This document shows positions 12,801 to 26,185 of a stretch of DNA of 64,000 nt, one piece after another. The notes beneath the pieces are model-generated. The model did not search any database. It saw only the letters and a program-made list of their open reading frames with translations, and was not told the DNA's origin. Source of the DNA: Okamejei kenojei (lineage: Eukaryota); the NCBI GenBank assembly GCA_035221665.1, contig CM069147.1:44888001-44952000 (forward strand), read 5' to 3'. Each line of letters opens with the position of its first letter. Position 1 is the first letter of the stretch. The translations under genes and the position numbers were made by a program.

Positions 12801-15016
12801 GAGAATATGCAGCTGGGAATAAGGTAAGCAGTGTAGTACTAATCCTTAGTTGATGAGTGAAGTCACTCATTGCCTCTTTCCGTGTCAGTTACTAAAGAGC
12901 TAAACAGAATCTAAACAGTGGAAGATAAAGTGCAGAAATTACTAAAGCCTTGTCTGCAACAACCCATTTTGCCTGCAATGTGCTGGGAAAGAATGTGTGG
13001 TGTAGCCAGGAATGGTGGGAACAAACATGGGCTGAAGCGGCCTTTAGTTTGAGCACAGCTTACATCTGCCTGGTGTAGGCTTTCTGCCGAGATAGACAAC
13101 ATTTGAGCAACAGCTAGTATGGGGGACAAAACTATGCTAAACAGGTTTTGAGCTGTGCGTGTATACCAAAAACAAACTTGGTACTGGGACAGAACTCAAG
13201 CCAGTTCAGACAAGGCTCATTTTCAGCTGGATTTGCATTAAAAAATATATAACTGCCATGTAGACATTAAGCAAGCCTCTGACACTTTGGGAATGATGTA
13301 CATTTTGTTTGCATAAAATATAATAAAATATCTTTCAAAATTAATTGTAACTGGTAGAATGTTTTTTTCTGAGAATGAGATTTGCGGGGGGGGGGGGGGG
13401 GGGGAGTTGGGGGAATCAGGTAATCGGTTTCTCCATAAACTCCCTGTGTATCAAATTTTTATCATGGTTTTCAGAATCTCCAAACACGGGTTTCTGTTTA
13501 ACAACCATAAAAATTACTTTAGTATCAGTTTAGCTATAGATACTGTGAAACACTTCAGGGAATGAAACAATCAGCTTTCCCAGGATTCATTTATTTTTCA
13601 GAAAATGCTCAAGTCTGTACTTGCTTTGACATTGGTGCAGAAACGTTCGTCGCAGTCTACATGGGCCTATGTTGTCTCAGACTGGCCTATCGCCACACTC
13701 CTGGACTTCTTTATTCAGCATTTAAAGCGGCTGTCGCATTCACGTGGCCAGTTTGCAGCAGCGGTATAGGCTCCTGTCTTTTCTCTCTTCACTCTGATTA
13801 AGCTTCCTTATTCCTATTCTCACTTCCCTTGTTTCAAACACAGGCTTTGAACTCTGACACAATCATATGTTCGACGTTCTTATATCATCGCTGGCACAGA
13901 CAAGCTTCCCCCTGTTCTTTAATGGGCCAAAATAGCGAATGGCACAGATAAGGGGATTACATGGTACGTTGCTGCTTAAAATGGACCGTAGTCTTAGCAT
14001 ACACCATATTTTTCCACTTGGAGAAATCCCCATCTCCGCTGCTTTTGTGGGGGACACAGGATGGAGGTTCATTTCACAGAGGGAAATGCCAACATTGGTG
14101 GCACCGTTGAGATTTGAGGTGCAGTGGGGATTGCAGAGGTGAAATAGTAATGGAGTAAAAAATGAGCCTTGGGAAACGAGGGAGAAGGAGCAAAAAAGTT
14201 CAATGTACCGCAGTGTAACTCTTAATATTCCATCGCCCCTCCATTCGTGAAATAAATAATAAAATGCTTATGCATAAAATATGATGAGTGCTTGAAGTGG
14301 ATTGGCACATGCCACGGCAATATTCCCAACACTCTTACAAATTAACAGTGACATACTGAGATTTGAAATCCATAGTCACAAACCACTGGTGTTGTTTTAA
14401 GTGACACTTTCAATTTGTATTCTTAATCTCTAGAAGAAATGTGATGGGCTATTAATGCTGAATTTTAGCACATCTCTAACATTCTCTTTGTATTGGCACA
14501 GCTGTAATTGAGATAGCAGGAATCCAGCTAATCTATCCTGTCCTGGTTAGCATGTTTAGAAACAATTATAATGATTTCTGGATCCAGTAAAATCTGCATG
14601 AAAAATAATAAAGATAGGGGTAAAATCACCTGGGTGCAGCTCACAATGTACATCTCTTGGAATGACAAGTAAATATCGAAACAATTTTAATATCCATGTA
14701 CTGTAACAGAATAAAAGAAGTCATCATCAAAGTCTGTCCATCCTAACAATGACCACATGCAAAATTATTTGATCTATTGTCTGGCTTTGAAGCGTTATAA
14801 TCAGGGCGTTATCTTTCATAGCATTGCATCCTCGAACACCTACAAGACTTGAAATGTTGCCTTGGTTTGTATCATCCAGTAAAGTTGTTCTTTCGAAGTT
14901 TTGAAGTGTATGAATGCATTATGAAATGAAGAAGTGATACACTTCGCTCGTGGAATCTTTTTCCTTATTTCTCTTCCTCCCTTTTCCTGTTTCTTTCTTT
15001 CTGTGATCCACCGCAG

Positions 15017-15115
15017 TTAAAGCAAAAAGCTGACCATGGCGTGCGGCTTTACTTTAAGGGCGTGACTTGAAGGAGACACAACTCAACCAGATAGTGGGTT
15101 TCCAGTTTCATATTG
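15017..15115 (+). other. Candidate 99-nt non-coding (5' UTR) exon containing a short uORF
   Basis: Long polypyrimidine tract 14956-15002, then CCGCAG| at 15016, and donor TTG|GTGAGG at 15115/15116. All three frames contain stops. gaccATGG at 15036 opens MACGFTLRA* (stop 15063-15065). Confidence 0.5.
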
Positions 15116-17607
15116 GTGAGGTGGAATTCGTTGGCTCAGCTGAACCTGTTTTATTTTGCTTCCAGTAGAGTTGGTGAAATTCGCACCATTAACCCAGGAA
15201 TGGAACTGTTCTGCCCCTCTCTGGCATTGCCTGCTTATTTCTTATTGCACACGTCTTTTCTTTAGCAATGCAGCTGCTAGGAGCTCGTACCTTTTGCAAT
15301 TATAGTGGAATCTTGTGTGTGAATGTTTTGGTTATTTATATCAGGCTTCCTCAAGCGTGGGGTTTGTTGGCTGGGTGGGAATGGAGTAAATTCATTACCA
15401 GAATGTTACCAGAGCCTAATACAAACCATTGTGTATCATGTGTATACTTAAATTATATCTATGTGGATGAGTTTGTGATTAGTTTTTATTTCTCTACTGG
15501 TATTGTGATGTAGTCTGAAGAAAGGAGGATTGGATGGATATTTTTGGGTTAGATGTCGTTTGTAGACGCTAAATGTGGTAAAACTAAAAAGCGGGAAAGT
15601 GATTTTGTAACTACTTTACCCAAACAGAATCTGGTTAGAATGAAGAGAAACAGATTTTACTAAAGAGGGGAAACACAAAAAAGAAGAAAAATGTACAATT
15701 TGATGCACTTCGCAGAAGGTGGAAATGTCATTGTGTGACATAGTATTCTAACTGTGTACCATTTACTTTCAACCCTACTTCATTTTAAGCCCATGCTAAT
15801 AGAATGAGCCAGTTGTGCATGGCATAGGTAGCTAGCTTGGTCAGAGGCTTTTGTAATTCCTGTTTTGTGATCAGCTGTTAGATCAGATGGCTTGTTCACC
15901 AATTGCATCTGAAGGAGAAAGTAAATTCCCCTTTCTCTGCTTGTCTTACTGATTTTCACACAAGATAGGAAACTGCCTGTTTGGGAAAATTATGGATGCA
16001 AGCGTGCATTTAATTAAAATTGGTGTACTCAACTGCCGCTTTCCCCAGGCCTTTTTCAAGTAACCTCATTGAGAAGAATGTGCTTTGCTAAATTAATTTG
16101 TAGCCCTTAGTTACAATTGTGCATAATCTCTTAATGTAAATTCTAGCTCAATGTTGTGAAGGCCATTTTGTGGCACCTCCCAATGCAAAATAAAGATTAA
16201 TTTCATCTTCCTTTAGGTGAGGAGTGGGCATGAATAAGCTGCCAAAGTGTCGGTCCTTTCAACGTAGTCCATTAGTGTCTGAAAACAATGATTTAAGGTT
16301 TAAAATGAAAACATGGAAGCAGCCTCCTGAGCCCTGCTGTTTGGAAGCTGGGGGTTTAGCTGCTGTTTTAAAAAATAAAATAAAAAAATTAGCAGCAACA
16401 TTTTACTTACAAACAACTATTTGAGCTGGATTGGGCATTTCAGCTTGGCACCTCTTCCTGGTGTTTGCCTGTTTTTATTTCAAGTATGATATTGCTTGAT
16501 TGGAGGGGGGGCGGGGGGGGGGGGGGGGGGGAAGCGTTTTTTCATTCTGTATAAGGGCCAATCATGGCCGGCGCCAGTATCCAGGTAGAACATTAATATT
16601 TGTGTTTCAAGTTCCTGACAGATGGAGCTTTGACCCTGCATGAAGCTGTCGGCTCACTCACTCAAACTGAGTGATGCTGTGACCTACCTACAGGGCTGTG
16701 CCTGGTGCATTTGCGTATGCTAATAGAGTGACTTGCTGTGGCTTGTTTTACAGTGATTTGTGCATGCATTTATATGCAAATGCTAACAACTGCTAGCTGG
16801 TTTAATTACATTAAGCTATTGTTACGCTGCCAAGTTAGTGAGCTGAGCATATTTGTACCTCAGATACGAGAAGGGTTAGTTACTCCCACACCCTGCAACT
16901 ATTCCTGGATGGTGTATGTTCACATTATTTATAATCTTTTGCACTTTGTGACCACAGAATATCATTTTAAGTTGTGTTTTGAGAGACACATTTCTGATTT
17001 TGTTTTTGCTGGTTGCCTTTTTTTAAATGTAGTCATTTCACCTGAAAGGCCACCACGCAAAATATTTTTGGGAATTACACTAAAACATGCATCATTTTCC
17101 CATGTGGGTGTGAGAAAAGGCAGGGAAGGATGGATTCTGGAAATATGCAGAAGCTCTAGATGTTTGGGGAATTTTACCCACAGGAATAAAAAAAAGTGGC
17201 GAGGTCCTGCGATCCCTGTTTAAAAATAAGAATGAGCGGTGTTTTGGTTCTCCTTGCCGAGGGAAGGAGCCTGGAGTGTTCTGTCGGATTTCGACAGGCA
17301 TGCAGGCATAATAGGATCAAGCTGCAAAGTAGCCAGTTGTGCACCAGCAGTGGTCATCTTCCTGGTTGAACAGCGCCGATGCTTCTGCTCGGGGGTTAAG
17401 GTATTTGTAATTCCCTTTTTCCGTTCGGAGAAGTTCGGCTTTAATGTGAAGAGAGGCCAGTTTGTAAACGTGCACTTCTCTGATGTGGACTTGCGTTTTC
17501 TTTTTCTTCTCTCCCAAGTGTGGTCAGCCGGAGGATTCCTCCAGCTCATGTCCGGTTGCTTATAGGTTGTAAAACATAATAGAGACTCGAACAACGAATG
17601 TGCCAAA

Positions 17608-17692
17608 GGTCATGATCTGAAACGTGAACACTCTCTTTCTCTCTGCAGACCTCGCCCGAACCTGCTGAATATTTCCAGCATTTTCTGTTTTC
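17608..17692 (+). mobile_element. Old, diverged PLE tail remnant
   Basis: ctgaaacg...ctctctgcagac...cctgctgaatatttccagcattttctgtttt resembles the PLE tail. Similar old copies at ~33060-33190 and ~39120-39220. Confidence 0.6.
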
Positions 17693-18918
17693 CTATTTTT
17701 TTTTCTTTCTTCCGCTTCTGCACAAGAGAGTTGCTGACCAGTGCAGGGAGAATCAGGTCTGTGTTACTAAGTGCAGTTGCCACTGACTTTGGCCATGTTT
17801 CTGAGAACAAACAAGGACTGTCAGTTTATGCTGAAATTAGATAGTTTACAATTGAACGCTATTAGCCAATATGCATGTATAGTCCATTTATCTGTTACTT
17901 TGTGTGTGTCTGCATTTTTCATTCTACGTACATAATATCATAACTTTTAGATTTCTCGGTTTATATCTCCTCGTGCTTACAATTGTCAAGGTTGATCTGT
18001 TGGATTTATTTGAAGACTGAGGTTATTTTTGTTGGCAGATTTGGAATAAATTAGCATTTGTTTTAATTATACTTCTTCCTCTGGGGCCTGTGCAGAAACC
18101 GAGCAGTATTTATAAATAAAAAAAAAACCTGAACATAACTTGTGAAATCTCTGCTTGACAATGACTTGACTTTACTGAAAGCGTGTGCTGGGATTTGCTA
18201 CTGCGAAGTGTAGTCAGTGGAATACGGTCCATCTTATAAGTTGCATGTTTATAGATTAGACTTTGATCATATCACTGCAAATGCCATGGTTCTTCCCTCC
18301 CAGACTGGGATCTCCCCACCAGTCAGCCGTTGTCATTGATCCCACATCCATCTCTCAACGGTTGGTGTCATTGTTGGCAGGCCTGTAAAGTGGCCATCCA
18401 GCTGAAGTGATCTCAGCTGTCTTACACGTCGGGAAAATAAAGGGGTATAGTCGTATATAAGTTCCTGCAACATAATGGACGAAGAGGCATGAATTCTGCA
18501 GACGTGAATCCCTCTTTCTTTACCTGTAAACGGATGAACCCCTTCACCTAACCTTCATGCACCTAACTTACTTATGTTTGACCATCTATCTGTGAGGAAG
18601 TGGAACAGCTCCTGCCTGGCACAGGCTGACCAAAATAAAGTTGCTTCATGACTTTAGGTTATATATTTCTGGATGGAGTTGAGAATTAGAAGTGAACTAT
18701 TTGCGTGCTTGATTATTCACTCTCCCTCTGTCGTCTACTTGTTGATGGAAGGAGAGAATGGAAAAGTCAACTGAATGCCATTTGCTTTTACTAATAACAT
18801 CATTTGACAAGGCAGGGCTTTGAGAAGATAAGCTGAAGTTCCATCTTCCTTCTGCCCAGAAAACTCTTTGGTTTCAGTTTAATCAAAACTAATTTTGTTG
18901 ACTCTCATTGCACCTTGA

Positions 18919-19220
18919 GGCAGGGTGGTGTTGCAGTAGAGCTACTACCTTACTGTACCAGAGACCTGGGTTTGATCCTGAGTATGGTGTATGTACGTTC
19001 TCCCCGTGACCTGCGTGGGTTTTCTCTGAGATCTTCAGCTTCCTCACACATTCCAAAGACGTACAGGTTTGTAGGTTAATTGGCTTGGTATAAATGTAAA
19101 ATTGTCCCTAGTGCATGTGGGGTAGTGTCAATGTGCAGGGATCGCTGGTCGGTGCCGACTCGGTCGGCCGATGGGTTTGTTTCCGCGCTGTATCTCCAAA
19201 CTAAACTAAACTAAACTAAC
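18919..19220 (+). mobile_element. tRNA-derived V-SINE (HE1-like)
   Basis: Pol III B-box-like gggtttgatcct, V-domain-like gtacgttctccccgtgacctgcgtgggttttctc...ccaaagacg, CR1-like 3' end and (ctaaa)n tail. Confidence 0.85.
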
Positions 19221-19227
19221 TGTGCAA

Positions 19228-19358
19228 TGTAGGAAGGAACTACAGATGCTGGTTTAAACCGAAGATAGACTCAAAACGCTGGAGTAACTCAGCGGGACAG
19301 GCAGCGTCTCTGGAGAGAAAGAATGGGTGACGTTTCGGGTTGAGACCCTTGTTCAAAC
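19228..19358 (-). mobile_element. Short PLE insertion (decayed hammerhead + tail)
   Basis: gaaggaactacagatgctgg...gacgtttcgggttgagacccttgttcaaac; flanked by near-duplicated ctaactgtgca / ctaaatgtgca. Confidence 0.85.
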
Positions 19359-20574
19359 TAAATGTGCAGGCGACAGAAGAATTATTCCGTGTCTGAGGAA
19401 AAGCTTGGTGTTGTGAGGCACGATGCTTGAGCCGTCCCAGCCTGTTGCAGAGCAGCCCTGATGGTTACATTGCATCCCACAGGCCAGTAAAGACTTGTGC
19501 CCCATAATGGACCTGGCTAAACAGCAGAGAATAACCTGAGGAGTACAAAATACTTTATTTTTCCAGTGTATCCCATCTGTGAGGTTTGGGGTATTTTTGG
19601 AGTGTGGGGGGGGGTTGTAAGGTTGATTGAGGAAGTGGATTTAGGTTAGAAGAGTAAGAAAATAACGAGGTTATGTCGTGTTGCTGGATCTTCTCTTTGT
19701 GAATGTTTTGCATACACAGTGCACATGAAATTATTCTAATTCACAACATGATTTGAATGTTAAAATTGATGGCATTTCATCCAATGCAAACATGCTGGGA
19801 CACCACGTGTCCCCACAGGGCAGCCTGTCACTGTGGGTCCCATTTATACATTGCCTTCTGTGTTCAGCATGCACATATCACTCTTCCTTCCTTTCATTCC
19901 ATGTGACTGGCTTCTGCGCTGTCATTTTACACACATGCCACTTTGGTGTGCCCCAACACCATGTGCTGGCCATAGTATCCGGGTGTCCATTTCGCACCGA
20001 TTCAGATCATCCGTGTACATGCATGTCTGCTGCCTCATTCATTCTCAAGAGCCTACTCCTCCCATCCCTGTTACAGAGATATATTTTGCACAGAGGTAAA
20101 CTTGAATGACGTGAGAAATATCCAAGAGCCAGTAGAGTATGACTCGTATATTTGTACAAACTTTTTCTGAGGCGCTTTTTTTCACCTCATGCTTTGCTGT
20201 GTGAAAACTAAGTGGATAGGATGCCTAAATGGTAAGAGCTTGTAGACCTGATTAATAAATTGAAATGCTAGAAAAGAGTTGTGTACTTAAAAGCCTATTC
20301 TTTTTTTTGATTTATGTCCCACAGAAAGGAATTTTTTGCAGTAAAAATTTAGAGCTGCCCATCAATATGTCAGCCGTCCCAAAAGCGAGCCATTCATCTG
20401 TCTGTAATCACGTTTATAGCTAATAGTGCTATCAAATCTAACTAGAATGCAATGTTGTCTCACACAAGCACTGCATTTGACATAAAAGACGTAGATTATT
20501 TTCTGAATATAATAAAATAACTAGCTAAGGCCCACTGAGGATGTACGACCCAGAGACACTCTCATTGCACATGT

Positions 20575-20976
20575 GATAGACACAAAATGCTGGAGTACCT
20601 CAGCGGGCCAGGCAGCATCGCTGGAGACGTTTTGGGTTGAAACCCTTCTTCAGAGTGAGAGTCGGGGGAGGGAACCAAGAGGGTCTTGACTCAAAACGCC
20701 AGCTATTTATAAGTCATAAGGTCATAAGTAATAGGAGCACAATTAGGCCATTTGGCCCATCAAGTCATTCAATCATGATTTATCTACCTCTCCCTCCTAA
20801 CCCCATTCTCCTGCGTTCTCCCCATAACCCCTGACAACCGTACTAATCAAGAATCTGTCTATCTCTGCTTTAAAGGAAAATCCTTTTCTCCAGGGATGCA
20901 GCCTATCACGCTGAGCTATTCCAGCATTTTGTGTATATCGTCGGTGTAAACCAGCTTCTGCAGTTCCTTCCTACAC
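20575..20976. mobile_element. Inverted pair of PLE arms with a nested CR1 3' end (~20712-20873, - strand)
   Basis: Left arm gatagacacaaaatgctggag...cccttcttcag and right arm ctccagggatgcagcc...cagttccttcctac. The middle matches the reverse complement of the CR1 tail at 27430-27595. Confidence 0.8.
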
Positions 20977-23310
20977 TCATTGCAAATGGGGATCTTTTCA
21001 ACTCCTGCAAACAGAAGATGTGAAATTGTTGAAATCATTTCTTTAAATGAGAGGCAATGGCGCTGTTACTATTCGAGCATTGAGGATGAGGAAATTTTCA
21101 ACTTTAACAGTACCTGTTCATTTAAAGAAGGCTGGCATACTCGTATCAGCTTTGACTTCCCTTTTCTTAAATTTTGTTTTGTTACATTATGGGTCATTTC
21201 AATCTTTTATTTTAGATTGATTTATTAATAGACCTTTGTCTGGCAAATATGTAAGGGGGAGCATGTATGGAGGTGGTTTGGCTGCTGTATGCATGGTAAC
21301 CATTTCTGTTTCAGCCAGCTCCTTTGTCCTTAATAAAGCCAACAAGCATAAATTGAGGTGTAGGAGGTCAAGTTGCTGTCAAAAGTTGTCCAAAGCTACT
21401 AAAACAGGACCTACACAGAATGCTAGTTTTGTTAAAGTGTAAAGGTTGAACCTTTTCTGAATTGTCTTGGCCAAAAGAAATTCTATCAGCTCCTAAAACA
21501 TGAGAGCTTCTGCATATTTACAACAAAGCAACAGATCTTGACTTAAAGCAATACTGATAACCGTTTGGATTTGCCTAAGTTATTACTTAAGGTGCCTCTT
21601 AAGGGTTAGATTAGAGGTGTCTAGGTTTATTGATTCAAGGAGTTTAAGAAACTAGAACCTCACACCCACACCTCCCCCCCACCTCTTGCGAACCTGTCCC
21701 TCAGCTGTACAAAGTAAAGACATGTGAGTGCTTCAGTTCCTTTAAGGTTTTCTTTGGGGTTAAATAAAAAGAAAGGCAAAAGAGTTGGCGCCCACAGAAT
21801 TTCAGCATCAAATGTTCCTTCCTTATCTGCTTTAACTTGACCTGCCAGCTATGCTTGCTGTGACATTAGTACTTCTGATGGATCGGAAAAGTATAAAGTT
21901 TTGTATTCATTTTTAATAAGGCAGATTTGTCCAGCGCTGCTATTTGGGAATTTAACTCCATTGAAGAGTATCTGAAACATCTGTTATCAGAAATAGAAGT
22001 TTGATTTAAAGCTATTCAAATGTGGTCTTTAATGTGAAGGCTCTACATTGGGGCATAATTTAAATACTGTTGCATAATTGTTAAGTTCTGCTTCTTTGTT
22101 TTCTAGATATACATAATTTGTACTGTCAGATGGTTAAATTTAACAAATATGTTTTCAATTCTTTTCTCCCTCATTGTCATTTCATGTCCAGGAGGAAAGT
22201 CTTTGTTGCATTTTTGTTCTATTTTTTTCTCTTTAATACTTTTCCAAATCTGTGAAGACAAAAGAAGTCCGAGACTCCAACCTGTCTTGCTGCATTCCTA
22301 AATAATTTGGTTTTGATTAACTAAAAAAGGAGCGGACTCTGTTTCTGTAGCAACAGGAAGGATCAAAGCAACAGGAGTCACTCCTTTTGGTAAAGCCCCA
22401 TGATCCTGAGGTCCTGTTGGCTTTTTAGAAATGTTTTTCCCTTTTAACTTTAGTGCACTGGAAAATTGTTTCCAATAGGCATTTGTTTTGTGAAAGTATA
22501 GCGTCTCAGATTTAGGAATGAAGTAGAAAAAGATAAGCTCTTTCACCAGCAACGCCCACCTCCCCCTCCACCACCACCCCCCCCCCCCCCAAAAAACTTT
22601 TTTTCACCCGCACAGAGTTGGAAAAGGCATTCCACTACTAATCCAGCTTCAACTGGAATGCAAATTGATGTAATTGTTCTACTGAGGATGGGCTGAGAGT
22701 GCTTTAAACATCTGCAGCGGCCCTTTTTTTCTCTCCAGAGGACAGGGTTAGCATCTATTTAACATAATGAAAAGTAGTTTCTCATTGGAGGCCAAAGCAG
22801 ATTTCTGAAAGGGTGAGGGAAAGAGTTCACAAAGTGCAAATGTCAGTCTCACAAGTGTCTGCTGCCTGCTTTTGCCAGATCCTGTAGACTCGAGAGTAAA
22901 ATGGGCCGACATTACGTTCAGTATATTAAGGCAACTGTGGTTTTGAAGAGGAAGGATCCAGATTTTAAAAAAATATAAAGCATATCTAACTTTAGTGACG
23001 TATTAAGTTTGACCTGTGCTTCTTGTATTCTGGGGCTATACGGAACATTATCTGTGCTGCATTTCCATATCTGATTTACCTACTTGGTCAACAATCTTTT
23101 AAATTACCGAAAGCAAATTATCTTGGGAAATGACCAAACTTTTTAAAATAATTTACAATAAAACACATCCGTGGTTTTCGACTATAATTTGATTGTTGTA
23201 CTTCACTAAAATAATAAACGCAAACAGTGACATTTTAATACGGAAGATACTGTTTCTTCTTTCCAGAAAACTGTTTCTTAAAGCTGTGCTTTAGAAATTA
23301 ACTTTGAAGT

Positions 23311-23600
23311 GGCGCACCAGTAGAGTTGCTGCTTCACAGCGCCAGAGATCCAGGTCCGATCCTGACCACTGGTGCTGTCTGCGCCGAGTTTATGCTCTCA
23401 CTGGGACCATGTGGGTTTTCTCCGGGTGTTCTGTTTTCCTCCCACATTCCAAAGACGTACAGTTTTGCAGGTTAATTGGCTACGGTAAAAAAAAAATGTT
23501 AATTGTCCCTAGTGTATAGGATAGGTCTAGTGTATGGGGTGATTGCTGGTCGCCGTGGACTCAGAGGGCCAAAATGCCTGTTTCCGTGCTGTTGTCTGTC
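23311..23600 (+). mobile_element. HE1-like V-SINE
   Basis: Colinear with 18919-19220 (gtagagttgctgc...gtgggttttctccggg...ccaaagacgtacag...gcctgtttccgtgctg). Confidence 0.85.
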
Positions 23601-25318
23601 AAGTCTCAAAATGGTCTGCGCCTTTCTTCAGAATCTTTATTGTGGTGTGAAGGAAATTATTAGGATAAGGTGTTTTTCAGTTGTAAAATGGACAGGCTGA
23701 AATGATGAACAATTGAACCTCTTCTACTGTGTTATATGTTTAGGCAGTTATTTAGAGGGGAAAGTTGTTGGGGTAAGTATCAAATTAAGGGTTACTGCCT
23801 TCTGCCAAGTTTTCGGACATGCACCAACTGAGTAACCTAACACTTTTGAGGACAACTCGAGTAACGGCAGATTCTGTTTCCTCTTTGCTAAAGAGCTGCT
23901 GCTCAGACATTTCACGACACAGAGATGCTAAGAACAAGTCAGATCTGCCCTACAGTGCAATGGATATCAGAGTCAAAGTCCAGGAACTGCTGTAGGGCAC
24001 AAGGTGACAGTGATATGTGTAAAACAGAGTGGAATTGAAATTGGATGGTGTATGAAAACCCAAAAGGAGACAAAGAAAATCGGGGAAATTAGGACAGCAA
24101 ACATTGTTAAAATTAAACATTGGCAATGTGGCATGTTCTTTGGTGAGAAAGAGTTTGTGATTCATCTGGAAGTTTGTCAGAACTTCCATTATGATCCAAC
24201 TACATCTGAATAACCTCCAGAAAACTCACACAAAGGTTTTTATTTCATGTCTGCAAATAATTTCCTTTTCAGAATCATGCAGAAATAACCTTTTGTGTTG
24301 CTATTTTTCCAAGTAAACAGTAACCTTGAAGCATCTTGCTAGCACACACCAAACAGTTTAAGGCCAAGTAATGAGAAGGACATTAACTTGCAGGAGGGAA
24401 AGGAGGTGTCGGCATTGAATATCCATAATGAGAAAAATGCTATTCAAGACACAAAGAGTTATCCTTGCAGTCAATTCACATTCATTTTAGAATATCCGTC
24501 TTCATTTTGAACATACCAGCATACATGCTTCCTCTATTGAACATGACGGACATTATTCTGAATTTTATCCACTTTTGATTATAACAGCTTTTCTGCGCAT
24601 TTATCTTAAGCATTTAACATGCCTTTCACTTAGTTCATATGCTTTGATGTGACCTTCCTTCTTTCATTTAAAATTACACTTTGCAATATCATAATTCATC
24701 CCAGTTAACATGCTATTTATTTTATTTATATATATCGTTTACATTTTTCTTTTGAAAGCAATATTGCTCAAACCACTCTGGTCTCCTCAACTCAACAAGC
24801 AGGATATCTGCATTTGGGTCAAAATCTTATGCATAGTATTCCAACTGGGACCGAACCAATGCATTCTGTTGCGTTGGTGTAAGCTGGAGATTTGTGCTAA
24901 CATTTGTTGGTGATATCAGTCACATTAGATGCAAAAGAATGAAATGCATTTTTCACCTAACTTGCCAATATGGAATATGTTTTCTGGGTGAAATGTGGAC
25001 GAATAATGAATAGCATTGTCCAGTATGGTATCATTGGCGTAAGGAGCAACATGCGTTTGTTAGAGTAGACAGTTTTCTCTGTATGAATATGATACACAGA
25101 CGTGTGGTAGTCATAGGATTACATATTTCTGTCAGCAGACAGCAAGTGAGAGGGTACCCGACGATCACTTCAAACACTTTAGCAGTTGTTGTGGTTATTG
25201 TTTTCTGGGCTGAATTTTTATTGGAGTATAACTGGTCTAGTGTTTGCTGCATGGTGCGTGGCCTCCTGTGGTACTGACATGGCCTGTCTAGCTGGCTTGG
25301 ACCATGTTGCTCTCTGAA

Positions 25319-25559
25319 AGGGCCTGTCCCACTTACTTGATTTTTTTTGGCCACTTGCTGACTCCCGTCATAGTCACAGCAGGTCGCCAGATATGTCGCG
25401 GGGTGACGCCTGTATGGTCGTGAGCAGTCGCCCAAAGAGACGTACCTTTTTCCGGCCGCCGCTGGATTTTCAATATGTTTGAACATTTTCGGCAACCTGC
25501 TGCGACTGTGGCAGGTGCCGGCAGTCGCCGAAAAAAATCGCGTAAGTGGGACAGGCCCT
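25319..25559. mobile_element. MITE, probably PIF/Harbinger-derived
   Basis: Perfect 17-bp TIRs AGGGCCTGTCCCACTTA (25319-25335) and TAAGTGGGACAGGCCCT (25543-25559). Flanks are gaa / taa, a TWA-like TSD with one mismatch. Confidence 0.8.
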
Positions 25560-25629
25560 TAAGGTATTGTCTGATCAGTGGCAGAGCCTCAGGTCATGCA
25601 GTGAGGGAGCTCAGCATCCAATACAACTC

Positions 25630-26185
25630 TTTCTTTCTTTTAAAGTTTTTTTATTAGTTTTTTTCAAAAACAAAAACAAAACAACAGAGAAGTAATGATA
25701 AACAAAATCAAGTAAGTGGGACAGGCCCTTTCAGAGACCAACATGGTCCAAGCCAGCTAGACAGGCCATGTCAGTACCACAGGAGGCCACACATCATGCA
25801 GCAAACACTAGACCAGTTATTGATACATAGGGATCAGGATTACATTAATAGCAGGTATAACCTAAATATGAGTCCAGTGTCAAAATACACATTGAATATA
25901 GACCTCTCGGTCTCTTTGTAAATATAGTTAAGTGTTTAAAAGAGAACTTGTATGTATAAAAACAAAAAGATAAAAAGAAAGAAAAAAAGAGAAAGCCCCC
26001 CCCCCCCCCCTAAATTAATGGAAAAAAAAGAAAGAAAAAATGAAAAACAGAATCTGGGCTGCAAAGTGTTTCAACAATTTAAGTCCCTGTTTGTAATCAA
26101 GTTCGTTCCACCGTATAACGGTAAAGAAAATTATTATAACTGTTGGAGAGGGGACAATTTATGTCGTATGAAAATGTTGAATACA
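25630..26185 (-). mobile_element. Probable LINE 3' end (L1/Tx1-like), interrupted by a 117-bp inverted local duplication
   Basis: T-rich start with tttatt (AATAAA on -) at ~25649 followed by A-rich sequence. The family is from recall; the boundaries are approximate. Confidence 0.5.

Noticed and set aside
16738-17606. Overlapping ORFs of 108-161 aa
   Set aside because: No recognisable motifs, no convincing paired splice sites, and intron-like composition.
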